NCBI GenBank assembly: GCA_965112155.1
Contig: OZ218098.1
Direction: 5' to 3' (one strand)
Source of the DNA: Podarcis liolepis
Lineage: Eukaryota
Length of the DNA stretch: 64,000 bases
Within the stretch, counting starts at the first letter, position 1. Every line of letters starts with the position of its first letter. Of this stretch, positions 1 to 14,654 are shown in pieces. A program made the translations under genes and the position numbers. The notes beneath the pieces are model-generated. The model saw only the letters and a list, made by a program, of their open reading frames with translations. It made no database searches and was not told the DNA's origin.

Positions 1-199
1 TCCTGTATATTTTTGTATCTTTTTCAATCATTGCTGCTAAAAATGTGGTTTGGACAAACAACTCGTACTCTAATAGCCCACTGGTCCCAGTGTGATGTTT
101 CCAGACATCTTTGCAGAAGAAAATATAACTTTTCCAGATAAAAATCAAAGTATTGCTTCACAGTCCGTCTGCGAACAGCTCCTAGGGAGAGGCAGCAAT

Positions 200-900
200 T
201 ATATATAGGACCTCAGGCTAAGTATCCCGGGTTTCTTTTTCTTTTTGCGGGTGGGTGGGCAAACTCCTGCCTCGCTGTGGGCAAGTTCAGGGAGGGCAGG
301 CGAGTGTTTGGGCGAAGAGGGGCTCTGGATCTGGAGCGCAGCAACCTTCGAGGCAACGCCGTTGCCTGCTGCGTCACCAGCGCTGTGCGTGCCTTTCGCG
401 TTTATGGGAAAGTGACGCGCCTGACTCCTTAAAAGTCCAGAAAAAACACTGGCTGCACCGCGAGGAGAGATGGGCGCTGGAGCAGCGAGAAGCCGAGCGG
501 TGAGATGCGCCCGAGTGGCCGCGCCTGCTTTTTCTGCCCTTCCCTCGGCTGGGCCTTTTCCCCGCTGTCGTCTGAACCGGCCTCGCGGCTCAGATCTCCC
601 GAGTCTGGGCTCGTCCCTTCTCACGTCGCAGCCTGGAAAAAGGGGAGTTTTAGATCTCGCGGGGAGGAGGCGAGAGGGGCCAGCATTCTCACTCGATCTG
701 AGGGAGAAGCTGCGATGCGTGTTCTCAGAGACCTGTTGCGTTATTAGTCACCACGTCATATCCCAGGGCAAGGTTTTTGTTGCTTTTCTGAGCACGTAGC
801 GGGACGCAAGCTGTGCGGTTTCGAAATATGAAGATGTGCGGAGTTAGACGCGCGTGTTTATTAAGCACTTAAATAATAGGCAGTGTCAGGGACACAATGC
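200..900. promoter_or_regulatory. CpG-rich island, likely promoter/first-exon region of NLR-A (or of a divergent gene outside the window)
   Basis: Dense CpG and high GC at ~250-850 against AT-rich flanks. CRE-like half sites (tgcgtcac, cacgtca) and an IRF-like gggaaagtga. Lies ~1.6 kb upstream of the PYD exon. Confidence 0.55.
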
Positions 901-2081
901 GTTCAGTTGTCATGTTTAAACTGCCGAAGCAGTATTGAAACACCACTTTCCTTTGGGCGGGAATATCCTCTTTCATCTTTGGGCAGGTAACGCTTAATCA
1001 ACGCCCTGAAAGCGCCCTTCTTCTTGCAGCTGTTGCTGAACTAAAGGCAGATCCATAAAATAATCATCAATCTCTCTTGTGTCTGAAAGGAAATTTGTGA
1101 GGTGGGAAAACCTGCTTCTAAAACCTATGCCAGGGCTCAGTTACAGTGTTGAAAAATACTTCCTTCTAATCTCCTTAAAAAAATAAATAAATCCCCACAT
1201 TTGAATTAGTTATTGCTCTTAATTGATTTTTTTTTCTTTTACAAACATGCATTTTCTTTTTATTTCTGTTAATTTTCTTTGAATGTTTCAAAAAACTGAG
1301 GTCGGGGGAGTGGGATAAAATGGTTTTATAAAAACCAAATTGCCCCATGTTTAAGATGTGCTGGCTTGTTTATATGCTTGCTTTCTGTATGCAGGAGGAG
1401 AGTCAGCCAGTGTTATTTTTCTTAGGAGTATTGCAGGGAAGACACTACACATCATGCTCAGGGCATGTTGATATAATAATTACTTTGCTTTAGCCATCAT
1501 CTGAAATACTGAAAAAAGTATGTTATGTAATTAATGTGTGTGTCATTAACACTGATGACTAAGAAAGATTTCAGAACCTGCTTTCCAATTTCCAAATAAC
1601 AGGTTTTAGTTTATCACAATTAATTTAATTTAAATATTTACATCCTCTGTTTCTACTCAAGGCAGGTCTCCAAGGGGGCTAACAACATGACTGAGAGTCA
1701 CTGCAAATAATTCCACAACTAAATTAAGAACCAACCCACAATAGTCAGTCAAATCAAATAAATGCCACTGGAAGCCTAAGGAAAGAAGACATTTTAACTT
1801 GTTGTGCCCAAGCTTAGTAATACCAAAATGTTTTAAATTTGTCCAGTGATTGCTTTTATTTTGAGTAAGCGCTGCAGATTTGTTAGACGCTGATGAAATA
1901 TGGTCAATCCTATTGGCCTTGGTTAATAACATACTGGCCTTACTAATGGATATTTCTGTTCTAATGGAAGCTTCTCAGCAATCTTCAAGGCCTGATCCCT
2001 GCAGATGAAAATGAAGTAATCTAGAATTATGTTATGGGAACATGCTAGGTAATTATTGGACTGTTCCATGGGGATAGCCAT

Positions 2082-2233
2082 GGGCGTAGCCAGGATTATT
2101 GGGGGGGGGAGGCCTTTTGTTAGGCAAGGTAGGCCTTTCGTTGGGGGCAGAATCTGAGTTTGCTCTGTATTTTTATTGAATTTTCTCGTTTTAGCGGGGG
2201 CAGTTGCCCCTCCCTGCCCCCCTGGCTACACCC
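2082..2233. mobile_element. Short non-autonomous DNA element (MITE-like) with GGGCGTAGCCAG / CTGGCTACACCC termini
   Basis: Imperfect terminal inverted repeats ~150 bp apart. Confidence 0.5.
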
Positions 2234-2366
2234 ATGGTGATATTTCAGTTGGTTAGAGCATGGTGCCGATAACACTAGGGTTGCAGGTTCAATCCCCGTA
2301 AGAGACACCTGAATTGCAGGGGGTTGGCCTAGATCATCCTTGGGGTTCCTTCCAACTTTATGATCT
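2234..2366 (+). mobile_element. tRNA-derived SINE with CR1-like 3' tail
   Basis: Degenerate tRNA head (tcagttggttagagcatggtg...ggttgcaggttcaatcccc; A/B boxes) followed by gcagggggttggcctagatcatccttggggttccttccaactttatgat, a CR1-type tail. Confidence 0.75.
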
Positions 2367-2504
2367 CTTTAGCTTGCCTTTCACAATCTCTAAGTAACAG
2401 CTTTTCATCTTTTTCTGTCACTTTGTGTGGCCCCAGATCTGAGAACAGAGTCCTTTTATGAGATCGCCAAAGCTCTGCTCCAGCCTCTAACAAGCAAACC
2501 CACA

Positions 2505-2805
2505 ATGGCTCACCCAGATCTAGCGATGGGTAGGAATGAAACCTTAAGCCAAACCCTCTATGATGCCTTGGAAGAACTCCTTGAAGACCAGTTTAACATT
2601 TTTAAACAGAAGCTACAAGACATTGACCATGATGGAAAGGGGAAAATCCCCAAAGTTCAGCTGGACAGTGCTGATAGATCCGATGTTATTCATCTCATGT
2701 GTGACTTCTATGGTGAGGCCAATGCAGTAATAGTATGCATATGTGTCCTTGAGCATATTGGCAAGGAAGACATTGCTGCAAATCTCAAAGAAGCAACACG
2801 GAAAG
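2505..2805 (+). CDS. NLR-A pyrin (PYD) domain exon
   Basis: [20 protein letters not shown]...[29 protein letters not shown]...[14 protein letters not shown] is a PYD pattern. Acceptor at 2436/2437; donor AAAG|gtaag at 2805 (phase 1). In-frame ATGs at 2505 and 2526. Confidence 0.9.
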
Positions 2806-5210
2806 GTAAGAAATCGTAGCATATTGCTGGAGATTCACTTTTTTCTTTTCTTTTCTTGTTCCTGTTAAAGAGGATCTCCAGTAAGCAAATGCATTGGATC
2901 CTGGTGGAACTGCTAACAGGGACTCACCTGAAGAACTCCATTATCAGGCAGGGGTATAAGGACTTGGGCAGCCCTTAAGGTACCTTGGACTCAAGTTGTT
3001 AAGGCCCTTGTAAGTTAATACAAGAAGCTTAAACTTGGCTCAGTATCATATGGGCAGTCAGTGCAAGCTTTTAAGCACTGGACTTACATTCTAGCAGTAG
3101 TCTGTCCCCATGAACAGTGGAGCCACAGCATTTTACATCTCCACATTTGATTGGGATGGGATTATATATGTCTGTGTAGTTCATGTACAGGCTAGAACAG
3201 CTTTTTATATTTACTGATCTTTCTCATTTGAAGACAAGAGATGGAATTCCTAACAAAAAATATTTGGTGCTTTCTCAATACTTCTGCTAGAGCATGTCCT
3301 TTTCTTAGGTTCTAGGTTAACCTACAGAGACTACATAAAGGGCAAATTTCAGTCAATGAAAGTCTATCCTTCCCTTGCTGAAAATCTGCTTCGAAGCTGC
3401 CAGTATTCAAAGCTAACCTTTGATATTGAGAGTCCCAGAAAGCAGAAGGAAGAACATGAAATCATGGCTTTAGGATGGGTATATTTTCGAGACACTTACA
3501 TGGACTATTGTAGCCTTCAATCAGAGCATACCACTGAAAAGCTATTCAATCCTGATAGAAATGGACTGGTTCCACAAATCGTTGTACTGCAGGGAGCTGC
3601 AGGGATCGGGAAAACAACAACAGCAAGAAAAATCATGTTTGACTGGGCCTGTGGAAGACTTTATCAGGCCATGTTTGATTATGTTTTCTACATTAATTGT
3701 GGAGAGATGAACCTCTGTAATGAGGATAGTAGTATTGCAGAAATCATTTTAAAACGGTGGCCCCGACAGGATGAAATTAAGAAGATGCTGGAGAATCCGA
3801 AGAAACTGCTGTTTGTAATTGATGGGTTTGATGAATTAAGATGCCCCCTTCAACCAGACCCCTTTTGTACTGATCCCTGGCAGAAGGGGCCTGTGGAGGT
3901 CCTCCTGGGCAGCTTACTTAAGAAAAAACTCCTTCCTGAATCCTACTTGATAATAACAACGAGACCAACAGCCCTGGGGTATCTCCATGAGTGCTCAGAG
4001 GAATTACGTCGCCATTTCAAGATCCTGGGATTTTCAAAAGAGGACAGAGAGAAATATTTCCACAAATTCTTTGAGAATAAAGACCGAGCAACTCAAGCTT
4101 TCAGTCTTGTAAAACAGAACGAGACCCTCTTCACCATGTGCTCGGTTCCCCTTGTGTGCTGCATCATCTGCATGGTGTTGGTACAACAGATGGAAAACAG
4201 TGAGGATCTTTGGCAAACATCCAACACGCTCTCTGCCATCTATATGCTTTACCTTTCCAGCTTGCTAAAGCTGCACCACAGCAGCTCATCAAAGGAACAT
4301 ATTAGAAAGAACTTGAAAAGTTTGTGTTCTCTGGCTGCAGATGGAATCTGGAAACGAAAAATACTGTTCTGGGAGGAAGAAATCAAAGAGCTCGGCTTAG
4401 ATCAGGAAGACTCCCTCCCCCTCTTTCTGAGCAAGAGTATTTTCAGAAGGAACATCGAATGTGAACATGCCTACAGCTTCATTCACTTAAGCTTCCAGGA
4501 GTTTTTTGCAGCCTTATCTTACTTACTGGAAGAAGGAGAAGGGCTGAGTTCTGAAAATCCTAATCGAGATGTGATCGGATTATTAGAAAGCTACGCAGTT
4601 TCCAGACCTGATTTAGAAGTAACGGTGCGCTTCCTCTTTGGCCTCGTAAATGAAGGAAAGGGAATGAAGGACATGAAAGAGAGATTTGGATGGAAATTTT
4701 CGCCTAAGATTAAAGAAGTCTTATTAGAATGGGTGAAAAACACCACAGAAACAAAGATGGATGTACATGAGAGGCATAAGCACCAATGGCTTGAATGCTT
4801 GTATGAGAACCAAGAGGAAAATTTTGTGGAAAGTGCATTGGATCACGTGACTGAAGTTACCGTACACGGAAGATACCTGACTAAGACGAGAGTGATGGCC
4901 CAGGCATATTGCTTGGAGCACTGCTCTGCTTTGGAGGTCCTTCACGTGGAGGAAATGTTATTTATGAGATATTATGATTTTACCGAAGAAATACTAGAAA
5001 AAGAGGAGGAAGAAGAAGAGGGAAAACTTACTAGTTCAGAACCACGTTCAGACGGGTATGTATGATTGAAATAAGGGATGTTGAGTTTCTCTGCACCTGC
5101 CACTTCCACACACGGGATTTCACCACATGCAGCAACTTTTTGCCCTTTTCTGATATTTTCCAGAGTTTCTGATGAGGACACACATTTGACTTTGAACTCT
5201 CATGAAATTC

Positions 5211-5241
<31 letters not shown>

Positions 5242-8200
5242 CATGTGTTTTCTTGATGCTGACCAGCCAGATCTTCTTTTGATAGACAGATTTCTGGTTA
5301 ATAGCCAAAAACAGTTAAGACCCCATTTAACTCTTGGCTGACCAGCTGCTGCATTAGGAATTCCTAGAGTGGGCAAAAGGTGTTGACCGTGGCAGCAGGG
5401 CAGATGCAGGAGTTGGGAAGTGTGTGGGTGGTATGAACTAAATGTTCCCATGACGTTGTATTATAGATTATGGCCTTGGAGGAAAGCAAGAATGCAAGGG
5501 AGTCTGGCCCCCAAAACACAGGGGAGCGGCATGGCAGGGTGAGCATCCCAGTTCCTTGGGAGGATGATGAGTAACGCACTACTTTTGTGGTGCTTGGAGT
5601 CTGTTGATCAAAATGGGAGATAGAGAATGCTTCTGTATTGTATACTGTGAAGCATGATAGGAAATGTTCATGAACTTAGAGAGGAGCCTACCTGGGCTGT
5701 ATCTTTGTGGCTCAGTCACAGAGTTATCAGCATACAGTCACATGAAAGAGAAAGTATTTCATGTCTATGCATATCTAAACTGACAGGCATCCATGTTGGG
5801 TGTAGTGCCTCTTCTGAGCTACTGAAAAGAATGGATATGTTAATCTTCATCTCCAGCAAAAAGGTTGCAATGGAGAAGAGCTTTGATTTTAGCTCAAAAT
5901 GCTTGTTTTTGTATAATCTTTTTTTATTGAGTTTTACATTGCATATTTAAATTCAAACATTAAACACCACCATCAGCATTTAGGATTCCCTGCATCCTTA
6001 GACTCCCCTCCACCCTTCCATGGTTACCATTTTCAATATTTTCCAACTGCCTCACATATTTTCTCTTTTTCTTAAACAGTCCATTTTTACCTTAGTTTTT
6101 ATTACATTACACGCGTTACTCAAATCCTGCCAAAGTTTTTAGTTGTTTACAGTGTTCTCTTAAGTACATTGTAAATTTTCCCCATTCCATATTGAAGTTC
6201 CTCTCTTCCTGGTTTCTGATTTTCCTGGTCATTTTCACCATTTCAGCGTTGTCCATAATCATCAGCCATTCATCTCTGGTCAGGACCAGATATTTGTAAT
6301 CTAAGTTATCGTGCCTTATGCTGGAACCAGTGCAAGAGTTATGCAACTGAGTGAATGTAATTTTTATTGTTTGAAGTTGAGAGCTGAGTTCTGTGATAGT
6401 GCAGTTTTTTTGTAGGGATACAGTTAGGGCCAAAGGCGCCATCTTGAGAGGGCGGGCTGGGCAGAAGCTTCCCAAGCTTTGGGAAGGAGGCACCAGACTT
6501 TAATACTTTAATACTCTAATTTACCGGGAACATGTAGGGGTCCAGCTCAGTTTCCCATGTCCAAAGACTGCACACCACTGTTCTGTGAGTAAAGGTTTTT
6601 GAACCATATTTTTGGACTGGATAATTTTTATTTCAATACAAGAGTCAGTTTTTGTTCAATCAGTGGCTTCCACTGGATAATAATATAATAATCTCAATAG
6701 GTTATGGGCCCAGATCCAGAGACTTAGAAGAGACCCAGAGTACAATTTTTTGAATCGACTGACTTGTGGTATTTTTGGGAGACCTGAAGAACCTTTGTTT
6801 GGGAAGCTGGAATCCTGTTGGTAAGTCCTCCTTTTGGGGGGTGGGATGTGGCCTGATCCCTTGGATCAACTCGCACCGAGATACTGATAGTGGGACAGGT
6901 TGTGCAACAGTGGTATGATTAAAGTACAGGTTTGAAAACCACCACACTATTTTCGTCATAAAAATAAAAGAATATGACGAACCTTTTCTTAACAAGGACA
7001 TTTTCTTTCATCTCTTAGTGAACAGTATCAAAACCCAGCCATCTTCAAAGCACTGAAGTCTCCAAAAAGTAACTTAAAGTGTGTGAGGTAAGAAACTGTT
7101 TGCGTTTAACTTCATTAGAGTCCTTTTGCAAGGGCAGAATATTGACCCTGATCCTGGCTGTGATGGACCCAAGTGGGTGTTCCTCTGCACTGTCCTCAGT
7201 TTCTTCAGTCAGCGAAAGGCAGCTCATAAAGCATGGAAAAGAAACCCACAGAAGTATCCCCAGTGGCTCCTCTCTAGCTCTCTCAAGCCTAATACGGAGC
7301 ACCAGAATCAGTCAATATCGTGCCCATGTTTCTGGCCCACCAACGCTTTTTGCCTGATCCGGGCAGTCCTGCTGCTTTTGGGTAACTGTGCCCCAGGATG
7401 TTCATTCCGGGGAGGAGGGTTCAGTGAATTTAGGGGGACAGACTTGGCAGGCTTGCTACCACCCACAGTTCTCATGTCTCCTTCCAACAAACGCTATGTA
7501 TCGGAGATGATGGTTAAAGGTTGAATTGTAGAGAACGTGGACATTTTGTGGCTGGAAGGAAATACAATGCTAGCATTGTTATTGTTTTGTTTTATTGTAT
7601 ACGCTGAATCATTTTCTATATACAGATTTTCATCCAATTGTCCTCCACAGAGTGAAGTTTTTTAGTGAACAGCTTGTTCCTTGTGGTTTCCTCGCATCTG
7701 TTCTCTCTGTTAACTCAACACTATTGGAGCTGGAGCTGGGAAGAAATAAAGTCGGAGATTCAGGACTGAAGCTGCTAGCTGAGGGACTAAAGCACCCAAA
7801 CTGCCAAATACAGAAAGTGATGTGAGTCAGTGCCTGTTAAGATTTCGGCCTCCCTGCGTATCTGCTCCGTTTGCTACTATGATTGCTGGGGCTGAAGGTT
7901 TATAAGGTCCCTCCCTTTATCTCACTCCTTCATTCTGAAGACAAGTGAGGTCAGCAATAAGTGGGACGAGAGTCCATCTCTGTTTGCTAACCCTCTTGAG
8001 TAGAGCTGGGTGATATTTCAATTCATCATCTGAAACCGATATGAAGTTCAGATTGCGATATCAGTTTCAGACTTTTTGAGCTGGCAATACATCACGGCTC
8101 CCTGGCCACCACCAGCACAGCACATTTCACTTCCATCTGCCTGTGCTGTACTGGCAGCGGCCGGGAAGCTGCAGTGTATTGCCAGCTCAATTGTCTGCTC

Positions 8201-11200
8201 TCCCATCTGCCTGCCTGCACATTTGCCTTTGCCTGAGCAAGTGGGACAGGCTGTCTTTCCTCCACCTTCTCAGGCTCCCTCTAACAAGGCCAAGCTGTGG
8301 AGAGAGGATGGGAGGGAGTCGGCAGGAGTGCCTTCACCCAGCAAGCAGGCAGCCTTCTTCATTTCCTCCTAGTCACTCCACAGCCCCACCACTTTTTCAG
8401 CCTTTTTCGGTATTATTTCAGATATCATGATATAGCACTGATAGTTAGTTGGTGGTATATTATGATGTTGAAAACCAGATATTGTCCAGCCCTACTCTTG
8501 ACATCAGAGATGCAGATGAAACAGTATTTGTGGAGGTGTGGGTCAGAAAGGAACATGGCAACTTTGTTAGCCAACTTTTGTTGTTGTGACGGAAGCTATG
8601 GAAATGTGGGATGTAGTCATATGTACATACAGCTTTCCCCTCTGAGGAGTTCCACTGGCACTTTGCCAGCGCCAAGGCAACCAGAATATCTTAGGAGATG
8701 GCAGTGGGGAAAGGAAAACATGGGGACAGATGTGTAAACATGTTTTATTTTCATGCTTGTATTTCTGTTTGCTGTAGGTTATATAGCTGTGGACTGACAG
8801 GAGCATGTTGTGAGGACCTGTCCTCTGTGCTCTGTACCAAGCAGACCCTGACAGATCTGGATTTATCAGACAACGCACTAGGAAATTTTGGAATCCGCCA
8901 ACTTAGTGAAGGTTTAAAACATCCTAACTGCAGGCTGCAGAAGCTCGTGTGAGTGTTAACAGGCAGAACAACAATGAAATAATTGTGCACCTGGAAAACC
9001 AACCAGATTTTTGCAGTCACATACACTGTTTTATTGATAACCCTTTCAAAGCCTAATCACCTCGCCAGTAGTCAGCATGTTCCCCATATAAAGCTCACTT
9101 TAAGTTCCTTATTCTCAAATGGTTTGGATCAGCTAGTCCTTATTTAACATTAAAAAAGAGAATGTTTACTCCAGTTTCGAACTAAATGTGTGTTTATTTG
9201 AGTTTTTATTTGTTTCTGCCTACAAAACTTCCCTTTCTCTTGTTCATGTGACTTTTTGGAGAATGTTTGGGGAAATGAGAAATGCTGGCAAAGAAACAAA
9301 TATTAAGTTTTTAAGGCTGTCCTAATAATGTAAACTGTTGAGAGAGTAAGAACTCAACAAAATAAAATACACACCAAGGGGTGTAAGGGGCCATTCTCAT
9401 GGCAGACCAGCACTGGCCTCATTTGGACCTGGGAATTTGGCAACCAGAAAGCCACCCCACTGTCCTTTCTGACCCATTGTGCAAAACCCTTCACTTATTT
9501 TGCTTGCTTTTTAAAAAGCCATGCTCAGTGTTTCCTGCATTGCAGGGGGTTGGACTTCTGGTCCCTTCCAATCTATGATTGTTCTTGTTTTCGAAATTCT
9601 ATTCACAACTCATCCAGAAGTATTCTTGTTTTTTCTTTTGCTGTCCTCTGCAGGTTATCCAACTGTTCTTTCTCAGGAACTGCTTGTTGGGGTTTCGCCG
9701 AAGTTTTGCGTACAAGCCAGACGCTGAGAGAGTTAGATCTGCGTTTCAATAAAGTGTGGAACATAGGAATGATGTTGCTGTGTATGGGACTAAAGGATCC
9801 AGCTTGTAAATTAGAGAACCTACAGTAAGTTTGACTGGTGCAGTTCACTCTACTGAATGCTTCATGCAGGTGTTTTCAACTTTGGGGTGGGGTGGGCACA
9901 CTTGGATTATTTTTTTAAAATATAAATTTGTATTAATTTTCCAATATTTACCCAATATTACCACAGTTTTGCCAATTATACAGATACCAATCAATATCAA
10001 AATAGTTCCAATTAATTCCAAATTTATACAATTTAAGCAAAGTGTTTCCTCACATTCCTTGATCAGTGGTTTTTGTCCAGTTCTTATATTGCTGTGGTTC
10101 ATTTTTTTAATCAACTTCTAATTACATTTCAGTTAGTATATTAATCATTAAGATAACAGCTACATTTTTTAGCAATTACTATTCATGTTAATGCCATATC
10201 TAACTTTTTCTAGGATTTCAAATAAGGTGCTCTGATTATTTCCCTTTTTTCTGTGTGTGTCAGTCTGAATATATCCAATTCTTCTTTGGCGATCACTTGT
10301 CGCTGAGTAAGATTGTCTTCCATAAACACGGTTTTAACAATGAGTCTGTAAGTGATTGTGTAAGCCAATTCTGGATCCACACATCCTTCCACAGCCTTGA
10401 GACAGTCTTTAAACCTCTTTTGTTGACCACCAGCATTATGCTTTCCATTTTTAAGTTCAGAAATTATGAAGTCCTTGGCATTTGTCCTCTCCAGACCCTC
10501 TCCAATCCAAAGCAACATCACCAAATAATTGAAACCCTTGCCATATTAAACCCATTCCCACCTTGCCCTTGGAAACCCATGACATGGAGAGAGATGTAAG
10601 TGCTGCTGACCTGCTCCCCATATGTCTCCCTGGTTGAAAAAATGTACCATCCTAGTGTGAGCTCCCACTCCTCATGCTTTACTTCTTGCTGCATGTAGGA
10701 GACAGTGGAACACTGATGCCATGACAGCATGCCATGTGTTTCCCCAAGCTACAGATTATCAGGGAGATGCATGTGGCCACCATTAGCCAAACATCTTCCT
10801 GTTGCAGGTATCACAGAATCACAGAATCATAGAGTTGGAAGAGACCACAAGGGCCATCAAGTCCAACCCATGGAGTCCAACCCATGGAGTCTGGTCCAGA
10901 GCCACTCCATGTTTTATCCTTCCATCTTTACCATATATGGTGTGTGCTGTTGGAATGAGCTATGTTTCCATCTTGCAGGTTGGTTAAGTGCAGCATCACA
11001 AGTTGTGGAGATCTGTCTTCTGTCCTTGCCACAAACCAGATGCTGAAACAAGTAGATTTACGAGATAATAAACTGGGAGATTCAGAAGTGAGGCTGCTGT
11101 GTGAGGGCTTGAAACATCCAAACTGCAAGCTTGAGGTTTTGTCGTAAGTATGAAATCTGCCTCTTGGAATGCATTGTGCAAAAGGCTTCTTCCAGTAATG

Positions 11201-14200
11201 ATAAAAAGAATATCTACAATTATACTTCCGTTCTACGGGGGGGGGGGGGGGTTTCGTATAGGTTTCTATGTAATGTGGGATACATTGCCAAGAAAAGGGT
11301 TATCAAAAGTGTAACAGAGAGAAGGACACGGAGATGTTTGCTAGATTTTTTTCTACCACCAAAAAGATCTTGAGGCCATGATGGATAGCTTGATCAAGTT
11401 TGTTGACTCATTGTGCAGCACCTGTAAAAAAGGTGAATTGTGTGCTGGAGATCATTAGGAAGGGGGTTGAAAATATGACTGTCGGAATCTTAATTCCTTT
11501 ATACAGATTTCTGCTGCAATCACACTTGAAACACTATGTATAGTTCTGGTTGCCATACCTCAAAACGGATCTTGCAGAGCTGGAGCGGGTGCAGAGGAGG
11601 ACAAAATAATCAAGTGGCTGGAACGACTCTGTGAAGGAGAGTTGCTATATTTGGGACTTTTTAGTTTATGAAAGAGCTGAAAGAATAATAGTGGAATTGA
11701 AGGCTTGTAACAGATACCCCTGAACCTTCCTCTATCTCAACAGCAGCCACTACCTGATTATTCAGAGAATCATAACCTCCTTTAATAAATAAAACACCTG
11801 TAGGTACCCTGAAATATGTATGGGGCATCTCCAAACACATTTAAAAAGTAATCTTGCTCCAGATTCTCAGAAATGTAGAGCTAATATTCCAGCACAATAG
11901 TTGCAAAACAGTTAGACAGTATTTAACAAATGATATCATAGTTTACAGACATTATCTGCTGGTACGTAAATTGGCTCGAAGGATTCAGCATTAGGGAACT
12001 TCAGAAGTGATTATATCATAATTGGAAAATTGTTTTTTTTTTTACCAAACAGTCATATTACTTCTTCTGTTCATAGCCATTTCCTTCTGTTTGATTTAGG
12101 TTGTTTGCTTGCTGTCTGACAGCAGATTGTTGCAAGGCTCTGTCTTCTGCTCTCATTACCAACCAGACCTTAAGAAAATTAGATTTAACTTGGAATGCAT
12201 TAGGTGATTCAGGGGTGAAGCTACTATGTGAAGGGCTAAAACATCCAGACTGCAAGCTGCAGAGTTTGAGGTGAGTACTTGTGTGAGCATGTGAAAATAT
12301 GCAATGCAGTGTAATATGTAATAAATGCAGCATTTTTGTCATGCAAAATGGAGTGATCATGGTGATACCTATTGGCAGACAAAAACTATCAGGAGTTAAG
12401 CTAATGGGAAATTAATGCCCCTCGCATTGCTGTTGGGGCACATGTCATACGTTCAACAGCAAATCTATATAGATATTCTTGACTTCTTTTTACACTATTT
12501 GCAAGTGAGACTATTATACATCCAAGTGAGTAAAAATAATCATTTATAATGATTATTATTTATTATTTATACCCCTCCCATTTGGCTGGGTTTCCCCAGC
12601 CATTCTGGGCGGCTTCCAACAAAATGTTAAAAATATAGTAGAAGAAAGAATCTTGACAGATTGCCGCTCTGAGTGGCTTGTATGATCTAATTGGGTCCAT
12701 GTTAAACTGACCAAAGCTCAAAGCCAGGCAAGTATGGGTTATGTTAAACCCACAAGTCTAGAATCTGGAAATGGCAGTCCAGCAACAGGAAATGGATGTT
12801 AGAAAAACCAATTGGATGTTACGAAAACATTCTTTAAGAAACAGATAAAAGTTCCTAGAAGCTTTAAAGAGGGCTCCAGAACTTTCTTTAGTGTGTAGGA
12901 GTGGCACTCTAGGTTTGATTGGTGTCAGCTGGAGGTGCAAATAAAGGGAGGAAGTTGCAGGCTGCAATTTCTGCACTATGAAAGCACACACACACACATA
13001 GCACGCACGCTAACAACAAGGTTGGAAGTAGGACAATGTATGCTGCTGATACTGTGAGTTTTGTTGTATCAGGATTGTTAATTATTGGACTGAGATTATA
13101 CCATGCTGGAGAGATAAAGAAGGAATGTAAATAGTTTATAATAATGATAACAGAAATGCTTGTGCAACCAGTCAAGCAATAAAGAAGCTCTTGACTGTGA
13201 ATTTGAGTATGACTCCTGTTCTTGTCCTCTGCCTCGGAAAAACAGTAAGAAGTGGTTTTGCTGAGGTGCCACCACACAAGCAGAAAGCGCAGCAGAAGTG
13301 TGTGGGCGGTAACCTCTAATACTGGAATATTGTTTCCTTTTTGTTTTGAAAGTGAAAGATTGCCAAACTTGTGGGGCGGGAGGTGGGGCTTGTGTATTTA
13401 ACCCTCTGAAGCACAGGTGGACTTTCCTTACTTGGAGGTTTTTAAGCAGAGGTTGGATGGCCATAAGTCATGGATTCTTTAGTTGAGATTCTAGGATAGG
13501 CCTGTGTGACCCCTTGGCTGCTCTCTAGGTTAGCCCTGGCAACCTGTGCCAGATTAAACCCTGTGGAAGCCCCTAGGTATTCAAAATCTTGGGGCCTCCC
13601 TCACAAATTATCTCCTAACATGTTTTTGGAATTTTCTTTCAAAACGAAATCAATATTATTTTGAACCGTTGTTGCGGGCCCCCTAAAAGGTTGGTGCCTT
13701 CTCTGCCTGTTTGGGAATCCATCACTGCTGACAACCTTTCGCTAATGCCCAACTGATCAGCCATCAGGATATCTATTGAGTGTGTTTGTATGTCAGTGAT
13801 AACTCTTGTTACTGTTCCGTGCAGGTTGTCCCACTGCTCTTTTACACAAGCTTGTGGCGGGGATCTTGCCGAAGTCCTGAGGGAGAGCCAGACACTGATA
13901 GAACTGGATCTGGCTTGGAATGAAATCGAAGACAAGGGAGTGGAGCTGCTCTGCGAGGGACTGAAACACCCAGACTGTAAACTGGAGATTCTAGAGTAGG
14001 TCACCAGCTCCTTTGCAGAAGCACAACACTCTCTTTAATCTGTGCTTGTTTTCATTTGTCAGGGTGCTGCAACAGTTGTTAAAAATGAGGACTCAGTATC
14101 AACTGCATTTTAAAAATAGTTGTGTTACTGTGTTTGGATTTGTCATATTAAGAAAACAAACACACATGTGCCCCAGTTTGTCAGTCTGCCCAGCACTCTT

Positions 14201-14654
14201 CATAAAACAGCCTGCCTTACCTAGTTTCTGCTTGGAGGTAATTGTAGATAATATTTAAAGTAGATCTTCTGTAAATTCCAGGGGAAACGCTTCCCCAACA
14301 TCCTGTGCAAAGCAGAGAGTGACAGTATTACCCAATGGCTTGACCATGTGGCTGTGACAATCGATCCCTCTTTGCGCTTCACATGCAAGTTTAAAAACCA
14401 ATCCCCTTGCCTCTTATCCTTGCTATGGGGAGAAGGCTGCCATGTGTGGTTTTTCAGGAGAAGTCGTATATCAGGGTTGGGCAACCGCAGTCCCAAGGAC
14501 TGAATGAGACTCTCCAGTCATTTGGCTTTTGGGACTCTCTCCAGATCAGGCCATACTCTTTCCCAGGCCATACTCCCTTTGAGTACTTTTGCCAGTTGGA
14601 ATGTGTCCTTGAACAGTGAAACACCTCTTCCTTCCTTGGAAGGAGAATGGAGAA

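Noticed and set aside
199-799. Overlapping 80-140 aa ORFs at the window start
   Set aside because: By-product of a GC-rich CpG island; no recognisable domain or consistent splice context.
2234-2300. Possible tRNA gene
   Set aside because: Acceptor stem is degenerate and it is fused to a CR1-type tail, so it is a SINE head; the same applies at 51181-51845.
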